Source: Candidatus Binatia bacterium (lineage in GTDB: Bacteria; Desulfobacterota; Binatia; UBA9968; CAXXLF01). Taken from it: a DNA stretch of 64,000 bases. The position numbers were made by a program, and so were the translations under genes. Positions 10,078 through 20,845 of the stretch are shown here, in pieces (position 1 is the stretch's first letter; each line of letters starts with the position of its first letter). The notes below the pieces were generated by a model that worked only from the letters and a program-made list of their open reading frames with translations, searched no databases and was not told the DNA's origin. Location: contig CAXXLF010000001.1 of assembly GCA_963664015.2 (NCBI GenBank), positions 160,001-224,000 of the forward strand. Direction: 5' to 3'.

Positions 10078-11529
10078 CTAAGCCAAAACATCCTTCCACT
10101 TTTTTTGAATGCGTTGCCGTAATCCCAGGCTGTTGACCGCGACTGGGGGGAAGTCTTTTATCCAATCGTAGAGACGACAGGCATTGATGACGAGGTTATG
10201 GGCCGTATAGGAAGTTCTTCCCTTCTGCTGACTGGGATCCGAACGGTCTTCCGGGCGCACTCTCGGATCCAGTTGCCACACGGCAGTTCCGGGAATAACC
10301 GTAATTCCGATTTCCGGTGCGCATCGACCCGCAATGGCCCAGAGGACTTCCTCCGATTTACTGATATCGATATCGTCATCCACCAGGACCCAAATATGAT
10401 GCCCCATGTATTGGTCCCCTCCCGGAACCAGTACCCGAATAATATCATCGACATGAGTCGGGGACATCTGCTTGATGGCAACGGCACGCATATTAGGTCG
10501 ACCCAGGTAAAAGATTCTTTGAACCCCGGCAATTCCAGCCTTCTCGAGGCGCAATTTTGCATCAAGATCATCACCACCGAAATTGGGATTGTTATAATTA
10601 CCGATGGGCCGCATAGGGGGCTGGCCAAAAATGATGGGCTCGTTGCGATGATAAATCGCTTTAACTTCAATAATAGTCTCCGGTCGCCGACCATGGGCGT
10701 AGTAGCCCGTCCATTCGCCAAAAGGACCTTCAGGAACTAGGGCCTCGCTGGGAGAGGGCATAAACCCTTCAATGACTATCTCGCCGTGAGCGGGCATGGG
10801 AAGACCGGTAAATTCTCCCTTAACGACCGGATAGGCACTCCCGTGAATATAACCGGCCACCTCGAATTCGGAGACTCCCTCTGGGGTCATGTAGACACTC
10901 GGACCGGCCAGGGCCATCAGCACGGGCTCCTGCCCGACGGAAATTATGACCGGAGCTTTCTCTCCTCGATCCCAATATTTGCGGCGAATTCGGTCGCCGT
11001 GTTTACCGTGCTCCATGAAAATGGTGCAGGTGTTTTTATCGTAGATGGAGACCCGGTAGGCCCCGACGTTAACGAAATCCGAGTCCGGATCCTTCTGAAT
11101 GACGCACAAGCCGGTTCCAATGTAACGGCCTCCGTCATTCTCATGCCATTTGGGAGTAGGAAACTTGTAAAGATCGACCGCATCCCCCGTAAGTATATTT
11201 TCCATTACAGGGCCCGATTCTTCTTCCCGTGGCGGGACCGGCTTGAACCCGGCGATGACTTTATGCCAGCGCTCGGCTAAGCCATGGGGAGATGGATCCA
11301 GACCAAACGCTATGGCCGTACGCTTCGCCGTTGTGAACAGGTTGGAAGCAACTCGAAAACCCTTGGGATAACCGGGGATATGGTCAAAGAGGAGACTCTG
11401 ACCCAATTTTTCGGTCATGAGTTCGGTGATACCCCCGATATCCTCCTCCCAGTTGGCTCCATCAACCCTCCTGAGTTCACCTGCCTCTTCGAGTTTCAGA
11501 AGGTAATGGCGCAAATCATCCCACAACAT
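10078..11529 (-). CDS. UbiD family (de)carboxylase
   Basis: DGGRYIGT, NVGAYR, EIVIEG, EGPFGEWTGYY, VDDDID motifs. Confidence 0.9.
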   Translation of the reverse strand: MLWDDLRHYLLKLEEAGELRRVDGANWEEDIGGITELMTEKLGQSLLFDHIPGYPKGFRVASNLFTTAKRTAIAFGLDPSPHGLAERWHKVIAGFKPVPPREEESGPVMENILTGDAVDLYKFPTPKWHENDGGRYIGTGLCVIQKDPDSDFVNVGAYRVSIYDKNTCTIFMEHGKHGDRIRRKYWDRGEKAPVIISVGQEPVLMALAGPSVYMTPEGVSEFEVAGYIHGSAYPVVKGEFTGLPMPAHGEIVIEGFMPSPSEALVPEGPFGEWTGYYAHGRRPETIIEVKAIYHRNEPIIFGQPPMRPIGNYNNPNFGGDDLDAKLRLEKAGIAGVQRIFYLGRPNMRAVAIKQMSPTHVDDIIRVLVPGGDQYMGHHIWVLVDDDIDISKSEEVLWAIAGRCAPEIGITVIPGTAVWQLDPRVRPEDRSDPSQQKGRTSYTAHNLVINACRLYDWIKDFPPVAVNSLGLRQRIQKKWKDVLA

Positions 11530-11595
11530 GGATCCTCCCGGCCCTAACGCGTTTCATTGGATCTCCAGGGTCAAAATCCCCGCCCCTTCCAACGG

Positions 11596-12873
11596 TCAAG
11601 CCCGAACTTCAGCCTCCAGCAGTTTACATTGTTTTTTCCAATCCATGGAATTTGGCACAACCCCCACGTAGATGAGCAAGTTGGGAAATCTATTTTGGTT
11701 AGCTTCTCTGATCACATGGGGTGGATCCTGCCCATTTTGAACATCCTTGATGGCCTTCTGCAAAAGTTTCCGTTGTGCCACGATGGCTATATCGGAAGAA
11801 ACCAGGTGCTCCTTCGTCCTGTCCTGAATGGCCCCTGCTCCTTCTACAGCATAGACGTCCTGAATTGGAACACCATCGATACCGCTGTAGCTCCTTGTCT
11901 TCATGCTCTCTCGATCCTGCATGTACCGGTTGGATTTGTTTTGGAAGGGCTTATAATCCCGGGTAAATCCGGCTCCCCTTCCGACTTGTGCGAGGGTTCT
12001 ATCCACCGGCTTCTCTCTACTAAAGCTAAATATAAACTTCCAGTGATGGGTATCATCGATGGGGACATGCCAGTTGGCGGAGTATCCCTCGGGACCTTGG
12101 GGTCCACCAGGGAATGCGGTTATCGCGGGAAGCATAAAACAAAATATCCTTAGATACTGTTTATCCTCTCCCGCCTTGCATGTCCTGGAGAGTCTTACCC
12201 CGAAATCCGTAATTTCGGCATCGATGGTGTCCATACCCGGGGCAGCACCCCTGCCGCCACGAAAGCCCTGAAATTCAGACACTCCCGTAATATCAACCCC
12301 GCGAACCTGAAAGGGATAATGGAGTAAGGTGTTGTGAATGGGATCGTTATTCCCCTCGCTGCCCTGCAGGAAGTTGCAATCATGATACATCTTGGTCACC
12401 GAGGCATGGTCCTCCGGTACGGTAAGAAACTCATAGTTTGGGAGTAAAGGAGGGTCGCCTGGTCCCAGGTAGGCAAAGATAACTCCGTTTCGCTCCAGAC
12501 AGGGATAGGCAGGGTGACGGATACCCTCCCTTTGCTCGGGCTTGCCCCCTCCCGGCTCGCCGGGCATGTCAAGACAATTTCCACGAATATCGTAGAGCCA
12601 CCCATGATAAATACAACGGATTCCCCCATCCTCTACACGTCCATAGCTCAGGTCCGCTCCTCTGTGCGAACAGTGGATTCCCAGCAACCCGGGCTTTCCC
12701 TCGTCACCCCGGAACATAACCAGGTCTTCTCCCAGCAACCGCACGGGCATTGGGGCCCCCCCCACAGGTAACTCCTCTGAAAGGGCTGCGGGCTGCCAAT
12801 ACCGGCGCATCATATCCCCTCCTGGAGTTCCGGCATTCGTTCTAGTTAAAACTTCGTATGGGTCCGTGCTCAT
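11596..12873 (-). CDS. Rieske oxygenase alpha subunit (PhDO/LigXa-like)
   Basis: CSHRG...CIYHGW and DPIHNTLLH motifs. Confidence 0.92.
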   Translation of the reverse strand: MSTDPYEVLTRTNAGTPGGDMMRRYWQPAALSEELPVGGAPMPVRLLGEDLVMFRGDEGKPGLLGIHCSHRGADLSYGRVEDGGIRCIYHGWLYDIRGNCLDMPGEPGGGKPEQREGIRHPAYPCLERNGVIFAYLGPGDPPLLPNYEFLTVPEDHASVTKMYHDCNFLQGSEGNNDPIHNTLLHYPFQVRGVDITGVSEFQGFRGGRGAAPGMDTIDAEITDFGVRLSRTCKAGEDKQYLRIFCFMLPAITAFPGGPQGPEGYSANWHVPIDDTHHWKFIFSFSREKPVDRTLAQVGRGAGFTRDYKPFQNKSNRYMQDRESMKTRSYSGIDGVPIQDVYAVEGAGAIQDRTKEHLVSSDIAIVAQRKLLQKAIKDVQNGQDPPHVIREANQNRFPNLLIYVGVVPNSMDWKKQCKLLEAEVRA

Positions 12874-13099
12874 AGCCCTATCCCTCCACTTTTAATGACC
12901 TCAATTTTCGTTGAGATATGGTGCGGCCATAGCTGTTTTTACTACCTCATCGAATAACATATTCTCCTTCCAAATCAAATACTTCACAGGAAACCATGGG
13001 CTCGCTCGCCCTGGAACTCTTGCTTTATGGGGCCAAGGGAGTTACCGCCACCTGCGGGGTAGGCACAAGAGAATGTTTTGGGGTGTAACCGTCAACTCA

Positions 13100-14365
13100 T
13101 CACCGAGCAGCAGTCTGCAACGCTTCGGAGTGTGCCTTCCATTCGATAGAGCTGTCGACCACACCAGCGTAAATTATCATGTTGGGAAATCGATTCTGCT
13201 CTTTGTTCCAAATGACATGAGGAGGGTTTCTACCTTCCTGAACATCTTTTATGGCATTCATCAACAATTTCCGCTCTGCCACAATAACTCGGTCCGATGA
13301 CACCAGATGCTCCCGTGTGCGGTCCTGAATGGGTCCGGCTCCCTCTATGACACAGCCATCCTGTGGCCCAAATCCTGGGATTCCACTAAAGCTCTCTGTC
13401 TTCATAGAGCTTCTATCCTGCAGGTATCGGTTGGCTTTATTCTGAAGCGGTTTATAACCTGGTCCCACATCTGTACTACTGCCCCGCACCACGGCTTCGC
13501 TAGGCGGCCCATCCCTATGAAAGATAAATTCATATCTCCAATGGTGGGTGTCATCGATAGCCACGTGCCAACGAGCAGAGTATCCTCCTCTCCCTTGAAG
13601 AGGGCCGGGAAACATTGTAAGATTAGGCATGACAAAGTGGTAGATGCGCAGGTTCTTCTTATCCTTCCCCATCGACGTCATGTCGCACAGCCTCACCCCG
13701 AAATCGGTCACTTCCGCATCCACCGTTTGCAACCCAGGCACTGGACCTCTTCCACCCCGAAAGACCTGATACTTCTTTACCCCTGTATGCCCCAAATTCT
13801 GATTTGGATGGTGGAGGAGATTGTTATGAACGGGGTCGAGGTTTCCTTCGTTGCCCTGCAAGTAGTTGCATTCCTGAAAAGCCTTGGCGACGTACCTATG
13901 ACTGTCAGGAACGGTGAGAAACTCATAATTGGGAAGGAGTGGTGGCTCCCCTGGACCCAGGTAAGCGAAAACGACTCCGCCCCGTTCCTGACACGGATAC
14001 GCCGGATGACGGATCGCCGCCCTCTGCTCCGGCCTTCCTCCCCCCCGTTCTCCCGGCATGTCGAGACAACGGCCCCCGATATCGTAGAGCCATCCGTGAT
14101 AAATGCATCTCAACCCACCATCTTCTACCCGGCCATAACTCAGGTCTGCTCCCCTGTGAGAACAATGGACACCCAGCAATCCGGGTCGTCCTTTGTCATC
14201 CCGAAACAATACCAGATCCTCTCCCAGCAAACGCACGGGCATAGGAGTCCCACCTTGGACCAATTCCTCCGACAGAGCAGCGGGTTGCCAATACCGGCGC
14301 ATAAGGTCGCCGCATGGAGAACCAGGATCCGTTGAGATGAGTAATTCGTTTTCTTCTCGTGTCAT
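13100..14365 (-). CDS. Rieske oxygenase alpha subunit, close paralog of 11596-12873
   Basis: MTREENELL start, CSHRG...CIYHGW, DPVHNNLLH. Confidence 0.92.
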   Translation of the reverse strand: MTREENELLISTDPGSPCGDLMRRYWQPAALSEELVQGGTPMPVRLLGEDLVLFRDDKGRPGLLGVHCSHRGADLSYGRVEDGGLRCIYHGWLYDIGGRCLDMPGERGGGRPEQRAAIRHPAYPCQERGGVVFAYLGPGEPPLLPNYEFLTVPDSHRYVAKAFQECNYLQGNEGNLDPVHNNLLHHPNQNLGHTGVKKYQVFRGGRGPVPGLQTVDAEVTDFGVRLCDMTSMGKDKKNLRIYHFVMPNLTMFPGPLQGRGGYSARWHVAIDDTHHWRYEFIFHRDGPPSEAVVRGSSTDVGPGYKPLQNKANRYLQDRSSMKTESFSGIPGFGPQDGCVIEGAGPIQDRTREHLVSSDRVIVAERKLLMNAIKDVQEGRNPPHVIWNKEQNRFPNMIIYAGVVDSSIEWKAHSEALQTAAR

Positions 14366-14384
14366 GAAGTCTTGAATGAGTATT

Positions 14385-16340
14385 CTAAAGTACTGCGCCC
14401 AATTTCTGCCCATCGAAGATCGCATCCGTCGCCCGCCGTGGGATTAAACAGTCACCGATAGCGTACAATGAACCGACCCTCGCCAGCAGTGCCCGGTAGA
14501 GCTCTTGATCAGATCGATTGCTCCCCGCATAGACCAGGGTATCCACCCCTGCCACCGTTTGCTCACGACCGGACAGAGGACTGATCAGTATGACATCCGA
14601 TCCCTCGACACGACTGATCACATGCCCGGGAAAAAAATTGGCGCCCGCCGGATACAAACGGCCCATGGCCGCAAGGCGATCCCCACCGGTAGGAATATCT
14701 ACACCCACCACAGGCATCGGGGTAACAAGGGTAATTTTCTTCCCCATCTGCACCAGGTGTTCGGCGGTGGCAAGCCCCGACCAATGACCGTCGAGGTCAA
14801 GAAGTAAGATATGATGACCCACATCCTTCCCCCCCATCACGTCCCGTACACTGACTATTGGAATCGTTGAATTCCAATCCGGCAACTGGGGCGCCACCGC
14901 ATGGGACCCCGTGGCCACGACAACAACGTCGGCACCCAACGCCATCACATCCTCCGCGGACATGCGACGACCCAAATGGACTTCAACAGCCAGGCGTTCG
15001 AGTTCACCAGCCAAATAGGTGGTAATCTCACCAAACTCGTTTCGCATGGGTGCCCGGGCTGCTAACGAGACCTGGCCGCCTAGCTCCGATTCGGCTGTGA
15101 ACAGGCGGACACGATGCCCGCGGCGGCCTGCGATCTCCGCAACCTTCATGCCCGCCGGTCCTCCGCCAATCACGGCAATTTGTTGAGGGGCCCGAGCCGG
15201 CTTCAGGCGGAATTCGCCCCATTCTCTTTCCCTACCCACCGCCGGGTTCTGCAAGCAGGAAATCGGTATCTTCCGGGAGGCACGGCCGAAACACTCCTGA
15301 TTGCATCCAATGCAAAGGCGGACCGAACCAGGGTCCCCTCGCATGACCTTGGTTACAAACGCCGGATCGGCAATCAAACCACGAGCAAAAGAGACCAGGT
15401 CGGCTTTGCCCTCGGCCAATATCTGTTCCGCCTGCTCCGGATATTTGATCCTCTGATTAGCGATGGTCAGGGCCCGGCTTAATCGCTGCTTGACCGCTGC
15501 TGCATCTTTTACCAGGTCCCCGAGGGGTGTGTGCATTCCCCGCCCGGCCCGATCCCGGTCTTCGTACGGCCCTTCCGAAACGTGCACGAAATCCACGCCT
15601 TTGATCTCTTCAATCCACTGAGCTACCTGGCAACCATCATCCAGGGTCAAGCCGCCGGGGACCCTCTGCTTTACGGTCAGCTTCACGCCCAGGATCATGG
15701 ACTCGCGCCCCCATGCCCCCCGCAACGAATCTATCACCTCGAAAAGAAAGCGGCACCGATTTTCCAGCGAACCGCCATAAGCATCCTTGCGTTTATTGCT
15801 ATAGGGGGAAAGGAATTCCTCGATCAGGTAGCCTGTGGATGCGTGAAGTTCGATGCCGTCAAAGCCTGCTTCGCATACGTATCGAGCGCTACGAGCAAAA
15901 GCCCCTAGGACGGCACCAATATCTTCCTGATTCATTTCTTTGGGAATCTGGCGGGTAGCCGCATAAGGAATGGGTGAAGGGGCAAACAGTGGAGAACGGC
16001 TAAAGGTACTATCGGCCTGTCGTCCCGTATGATTGAGTTGAACCAACGCGAGCGCCCCATGACGCTGGATGGCCTGGGCGAGACGGGTCATTCCAGGCAC
16101 GCATCCGCTGTCCAGGGTTGTCAACTCACCCGGCGAATTGACCGCATTGGGCAGGATGAGGTAGTGACCCGTGGAGATAATTCCGACGTTGTTTCTGGCC
16201 CGCTCCTCGATGTAGTCGATGTACTTATCAGTGACGGTCCCATGATCAGCAAAACCCGTGCTGTGGGGCGCCATATAGACACGGTTCTTAGCGATTTTTG
16301 GGCCTATCTGGATGGGCTCGAGAAGGTGGCTAAAATTCAC
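14385..16340 (-). CDS. OYE/NADH:flavin oxidoreductase with 4Fe-4S and FAD domains (FadH/TMADH-like)
   Basis: KNRVYMAP, AGFDGIELH, YGGSLENR, CIGCNQEC...C Fe-S motif, VIGGGPAG. Confidence 0.9.
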   Translation of the reverse strand: MNFSHLLEPIQIGPKIAKNRVYMAPHSTGFADHGTVTDKYIDYIEERARNNVGIISTGHYLILPNAVNSPGELTTLDSGCVPGMTRLAQAIQRHGALALVQLNHTGRQADSTFSRSPLFAPSPIPYAATRQIPKEMNQEDIGAVLGAFARSARYVCEAGFDGIELHASTGYLIEEFLSPYSNKRKDAYGGSLENRCRFLFEVIDSLRGAWGRESMILGVKLTVKQRVPGGLTLDDGCQVAQWIEEIKGVDFVHVSEGPYEDRDRAGRGMHTPLGDLVKDAAAVKQRLSRALTIANQRIKYPEQAEQILAEGKADLVSFARGLIADPAFVTKVMRGDPGSVRLCIGCNQECFGRASRKIPISCLQNPAVGREREWGEFRLKPARAPQQIAVIGGGPAGMKVAEIAGRRGHRVRLFTAESELGGQVSLAARAPMRNEFGEITTYLAGELERLAVEVHLGRRMSAEDVMALGADVVVVATGSHAVAPQLPDWNSTIPIVSVRDVMGGKDVGHHILLLDLDGHWSGLATAEHLVQMGKKITLVTPMPVVGVDIPTGGDRLAAMGRLYPAGANFFPGHVISRVEGSDVILISPLSGREQTVAGVDTLVYAGSNRSDQELYRALLARVGSLYAIGDCLIPRRATDAIFDGQKLGAVL

Positions 16341-16688
16341 TGCTTATCTCCCATGGGGCCCCCACGGCGATTCGAGAGCCCTTAAAAGCAGGGATGATCC
16401 TTCGCCCTGCAGAGACACCGGATGTGTCAAGGGACTTCCAGCTTTCCCACTCATCGGTTATGCGGGCCCACCCAACCCATAAATGTCTCTTTACGATTTG
16501 GTTGTAAGAGCCCCTTACCTTCCAATGCCATGGGTTAGTACATTCAACCCACCGTCTGCTTTTCATAGGCAAGTGGTATGTCATTTATGAGGGTTTGTAT
16601 CCCAGCCCTACCGTAGCGCGATCTTCGCTGATGAGGGATCTAATCGGATTACGCCTCACCTTGTAGCTTGGCACCCAAGCCTATCCCC

Positions 16689-18434
16689 TCATATGGGTTC
16701 GCCTGCTATGGACACGCGTTTCTGTAACATCATTAGTAACAAGCCCATTATCAGCAGAAAACCAATCAAAACGATACCGAGTGCGGAGACGGCATGAAAG
16801 TTCCCCCCCGAATCCCACATGTACCACAACATAACTCCAATCACCTGATCCTGTTCACTGCTAAACAGCATCAAAGGCAACCCTGTCATCCTGAAAACAT
16901 GCCCAAAGGTCCATATGAAGATAATTGTAAATGTAGGGACGAGTAGCGGAAATGTGATCTTGCAAAAGACAACCAGCTTTGAGGCTCCGCAAATACCCCC
17001 CGCTTCCTCCATTTCCCGGTGCAGTTGCATTAGACCAGCAGTCATAGCGCGAGTACCGAATGGCAAAAATAGAATAGTAAATCCTAGGGCTATAGGCCAG
17101 ATGGTACCGTAGAGATTAAACGGGAGAACCTTATCTGCCTGTAAAGAAACCCACACCAGGGATATTCCCATAATAACCCCTGGCACCGCGTGGGGAGAGA
17201 AGGCCAGAAGATCCAGCCATTTTTTGAAGGGAACAGTGCTTCTCAGCAATACATAAGCCACCGAGAATGACAGAGCTATGACTGCCACCGAGGCTACCAC
17301 CGATACAATCATCGTATTCGACACGGTTCTTCCTAATTCTTGATACGCGGCGAGTGTTCTCCAACCCTCCAAGGAAAGACGGTTCCACGCATCCCATGAA
17401 GGAGGCATAGGATACGGGGTAAAGGAGGTCCAAAGTAGCGTCACGGTTGGTGCAATGACAGTGACGAACAAGTAAAAAGCTACGACACTCAACAGGATCC
17501 TCTTAGTCCATTTACCCAGCTTGACTTCCTTGGGTTGGTAACCTTTACCCGTGACGACCTCAAATCGACGGATCTCACGAATGGTTCGAAGGTACAACAG
17601 AGTCCCCACGACCAGGACAACCAAAAATACCATGGATAAGGCACTGGCAGTCCCATAGTTGGCTGTGTCCGCTGCCAATACCTCAGCGTAGATTCTCGTG
17701 CTGAAGACAAAGATGCGCGCGGGGAGACCAATTATCCCTGGGATCTCAAACACACCCATCACGCTGATCCCTATGTATAAGGATACTCCAATCAGCCCTG
17801 GCATAAGCAATGGCAGTAAAATCCTTCGAATGACTGTATGGGATTTTGCACCGCATATCCTGGCCGTTTCTTCCAAAGAGGCCGGCAACTTCCGCAAGAG
17901 AGGCCACATCAGCAACATCACTGCGGGAATCATGCGCAGTCCCTCTAGGAAAATCATGCTCGGCATGGAGTAGATATTATAGAGAGGCCTCCCCCACCAC
18001 ATTGTAAAATATTGATTGATGTAGCCCATCCGTGGACTTAACAGCAGGACCCACGCCATGGCTTGCAGCAGACTCGGCATGGCGATACTCATGGTGATCA
18101 TTAGAAAGATCCCATATTTAAAGGGTAGATCGGTCCTTGCGACAATCCAGGCGAAAGCCATTCCTGCAATGAGAGAAAACAGGACTGTTCCGGTAACGTA
18201 AACGATGGTGTTAGTAATAACCTTATAGGTACTGGGGCTGGAGTAAACTTCGATATAATTCGCCAATCCCATTTTGGCCGGATTGATATCTATTAATATG
18301 GAACTCGTGCTGAGGCTGCCCAAAATCAAAAAGGCTACGGGCGTAATGGCCAGCGCACCGACGAGTATAAAGACAAAACTAGGGAATAATTTTGGGCTCC
18401 AGAGGAGTCTCATCGGGCCCCTATCATGCTGCAT
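16689..18434 (-). CDS. ABC transporter permease (FbpB-like, duplicated BPD_transp_1)
   Basis: Two EAA loops (LEETARICGA, MEEAGGICGA) and many TM helices. Confidence 0.9.
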   Translation of the reverse strand: MQHDRGPMRLLWSPKLFPSFVFILVGALAITPVAFLILGSLSTSSILIDINPAKMGLANYIEVYSSPSTYKVITNTIVYVTGTVLFSLIAGMAFAWIVARTDLPFKYGIFLMITMSIAMPSLLQAMAWVLLLSPRMGYINQYFTMWWGRPLYNIYSMPSMIFLEGLRMIPAVMLLMWPLLRKLPASLEETARICGAKSHTVIRRILLPLLMPGLIGVSLYIGISVMGVFEIPGIIGLPARIFVFSTRIYAEVLAADTANYGTASALSMVFLVVLVVGTLLYLRTIREIRRFEVVTGKGYQPKEVKLGKWTKRILLSVVAFYLFVTVIAPTVTLLWTSFTPYPMPPSWDAWNRLSLEGWRTLAAYQELGRTVSNTMIVSVVASVAVIALSFSVAYVLLRSTVPFKKWLDLLAFSPHAVPGVIMGISLVWVSLQADKVLPFNLYGTIWPIALGFTILFLPFGTRAMTAGLMQLHREMEEAGGICGASKLVVFCKITFPLLVPTFTIIFIWTFGHVFRMTGLPLMLFSSEQDQVIGVMLWYMWDSGGNFHAVSALGIVLIGFLLIMGLLLMMLQKRVSIAGEPI

Positions 18435-18455
18435 TTACTTCTCGCATGAGATCCT

Positions 18456-19613
18456 TTACGGTGCAGAGTGTTCGAGGTTGGTACTACTAGCCGAACTCAG
18501 CGTGGCGTCCTCCCCTTTGAGCAAGATGGCTAGACATCGTGCCGGGGGGAAATGCAAGAACACACGATCATCCCGTTTCAAATCGATAAAACTAGCGGCC
18601 CGGGCCTGGAACAAGTTGTCTCCGCACCGGACCTTGCACTCCAGGGCATCTCCAATGAATGTAGATTGTTCTACGATCCCCTCAAAAATGTTCTCCTTAG
18701 CCTCGGGCCGCTCGGAAAACACTTCAATCACTTCCGGACGCACTCCGATATCGACATCATCCCCGACTTTTATTTCTTTAGGTAAAGAGCAAGTCAACTG
18801 GGTCCCTCCGCTACGGACCAACCCCATATCACCATCTTTTTCTCGATTCACGACCTGCCCTGTAAACACATTAATGCTCCCGATAAAAGTCGCAATGAAT
18901 TGGCTTTGAGGAGACAGATAAATATCTCGAGCGGTCCCCTCCTGAATAATGGAACCGCCATGCATAACCCCGATGCGATCGGACATGGATAAGGCCTCGA
19001 TTTGGTCATGGGTTACGTATAAGGTCGAAAGTCCCAAGCGTTCCACCAATGACTTCAACTCCAGGCGCATTTCCGTTCTGAGTTTCGCATCGAGATTGCT
19101 TAGAGGTTCATCCAAGAGCAGCATTTTTGGCTCATAAACGAGGGCGCGAGCAAGGGCGACCCTTTGCTGCTGACCACCGCTCAATAGGGGTGCCGGGCGA
19201 CTCTCCATGCCATCCATCTGAACCAGTTCAAGGGACTTGAGGACCCGCTCCTTGATTTCCTTTTTGGAAACCCGCCGCCGCCCGTAAGTCAGAGGAAACG
19301 CAACGTTGTCAAAGACACTCATATGAGGCCAGATGGCGTATGACTGAAAGACCATCCCCACATCACGTTTATGAGAGGGTTCATTGATCCTTTGGGCGGC
19401 TGAGAAGACGGCCCGATCCCCAAGATAGATCTCCCCGCCATTGGGCTCTTCCAGTCCTGCCACACAGCGTAGCGTCGTGGTCTTACCGCACCCGGATGGC
19501 CCGAGTAGAGTATAAAATTCTCCCGGTTGGAGTTGGAAGGAAACGCCCTTGACGGCTTCTACAGCTCCGGTGTCGGTGGTATAGATCTTTCGAAGGTTTT
19601 CTACTCTGAGCAT
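18456..19613 (-). CDS. ABC transporter ATP-binding protein (PotA/FbpC-like, TOBE)
   Basis: GPSGCGKT, LSGGQQQRVALARA, LLLDEPLSNLD. Confidence 0.95.
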   Translation of the reverse strand: MLRVENLRKIYTTDTGAVEAVKGVSFQLQPGEFYTLLGPSGCGKTTTLRCVAGLEEPNGGEIYLGDRAVFSAAQRINEPSHKRDVGMVFQSYAIWPHMSVFDNVAFPLTYGRRRVSKKEIKERVLKSLELVQMDGMESRPAPLLSGGQQQRVALARALVYEPKMLLLDEPLSNLDAKLRTEMRLELKSLVERLGLSTLYVTHDQIEALSMSDRIGVMHGGSIIQEGTARDIYLSPQSQFIATFIGSINVFTGQVVNREKDGDMGLVRSGGTQLTCSLPKEIKVGDDVDIGVRPEVIEVFSERPEAKENIFEGIVEQSTFIGDALECKVRCGDNLFQARAASFIDLKRDDRVFLHFPPARCLAILLKGEDATLSSASSTNLEHSAP

Positions 19614-19673
19614 CTTTTAAGCCCCCCCCCAAGGGCAGCAGCACAAAAAACGAGTTAGTCATCCGCATCCCGC

Positions 19674-20777
19674 TTAATCACCGAGCCACAATTTTTTCCA
19701 ATACTTCTGCGTGTCTTTTAGCCCCGCCAACAATTTTACCCGTGAAGGGGTAACAATTTTTCGGCCGATCTGCTCCTTCGGAAACTGCACAAATTTTGGA
19801 TTCCTCCTCAGTTCAGGATGGGCCGGCGTCGACCGATTTGATTTAAACTGTGCGATTTGACCTTCCTTACTATTCCAATAGGACAGGAACAGCTTGGCTG
19901 CGTTCGTACGAGGACTCCCCTTGACGATCATCAATGAGCCGGCCATAGGCCCAAAATAGGGACCTTCCGGAAAGGTCCAAGCCACCGGGGCTCCCTTGTC
20001 AGCATACCTTCTAGCTTCTCTATCGAGACCTGTGAAGAGGACGTCGTATTCCCCGGCTGCCAATAACGTAACCACAGTCCCCGAGCCTTCCTTCCTCAAT
20101 TGAAGCTTTTTGTTAGCAAAAAACCTTTTGAGGAAGGCTTTGGTGCGCTCAGGACCCAGCACCGCCCACATGATATGCGGCAACAGGTGGGGTTTGTTTG
20201 CTGTGGCGATCCGGTCGCCCCACTTGGGATTTAAGAGGTCCTCCCAGGTCCGAATCTCATCCTTAGACACCCTGTCGGTACGGTAGGCAATCCCCCATCC
20301 TGGCATCCAGCGGGCAATCCAGCGACCTTTCTTGTCTTTTGCCGCATCATCGTACACCTGGAATACAGAGAGATCGCTTAAATCGGTGAACATGTCGTAT
20401 TTGATCATGTTGGGGATTCCGCCGCTGATTCCACTTACAATATCCGCTATGATCCGACCATGGCGGAACTCCGTAATCGTCTTACCAAAGCGTGCTCGGC
20501 CATCGGCCTTGGTATTGCGCACCCGAAGGAACGGGACCTTTTTTTGAAATGGTTTTACAAAAATAGCAAAGTCTTCAGGAGTCAGGGAACTCCGTATCCT
20601 TACCTCACCTTCTTTCTTGGCTGCTTCTACAATCTTGGGAGGGACTACGATCTGACCGTCATCAAAGGTAACTCTTGTCATGGACTGCGCATTCGCCGCA
20701 GGAGCCCATAGGGCCAAAAGCAACACCACAACCCATCCAACTAGAAACCCGACGCGTACACATTTAAGGTCAATCAT
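19674..20777 (-). CDS. ABC solute-binding protein
   Basis: Signal peptide ending ANA-QS, AAKKEGEV, SPRTNAAKLF. In an operon with the ATPase and permease. Confidence 0.88.
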   Translation of the reverse strand: MIDLKCVRVGFLVGWVVVLLLALWAPAANAQSMTRVTFDDGQIVVPPKIVEAAKKEGEVRIRSSLTPEDFAIFVKPFQKKVPFLRVRNTKADGRARFGKTITEFRHGRIIADIVSGISGGIPNMIKYDMFTDLSDLSVFQVYDDAAKDKKGRWIARWMPGWGIAYRTDRVSKDEIRTWEDLLNPKWGDRIATANKPHLLPHIMWAVLGPERTKAFLKRFFANKKLQLRKEGSGTVVTLLAAGEYDVLFTGLDREARRYADKGAPVAWTFPEGPYFGPMAGSLMIVKGSPRTNAAKLFLSYWNSKEGQIAQFKSNRSTPAHPELRRNPKFVQFPKEQIGRKIVTPSRVKLLAGLKDTQKYWKKLWLGD

Positions 20778-20845
20778 TTTGTCTTTTCCTTTCGTCCCAT
20801 GTTGACTTACCGGAAATTTGTTCCTCAATCCATTTTTTAAAGAGA

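Noticed and set aside
13307-14335. Long antisense ORFs (also 1118-2014, 52250-53098, 50720-51328, 44702-45301)
   Set aside because: They shadow well-supported genes on the opposite strand and have no motifs.
14385-16340. Mycofactocin or other RiPP system (OYE resembles the FadH/OYE family linked to mft clusters)
   Set aside because: No precursor peptide, radical SAM or mft genes in the window.
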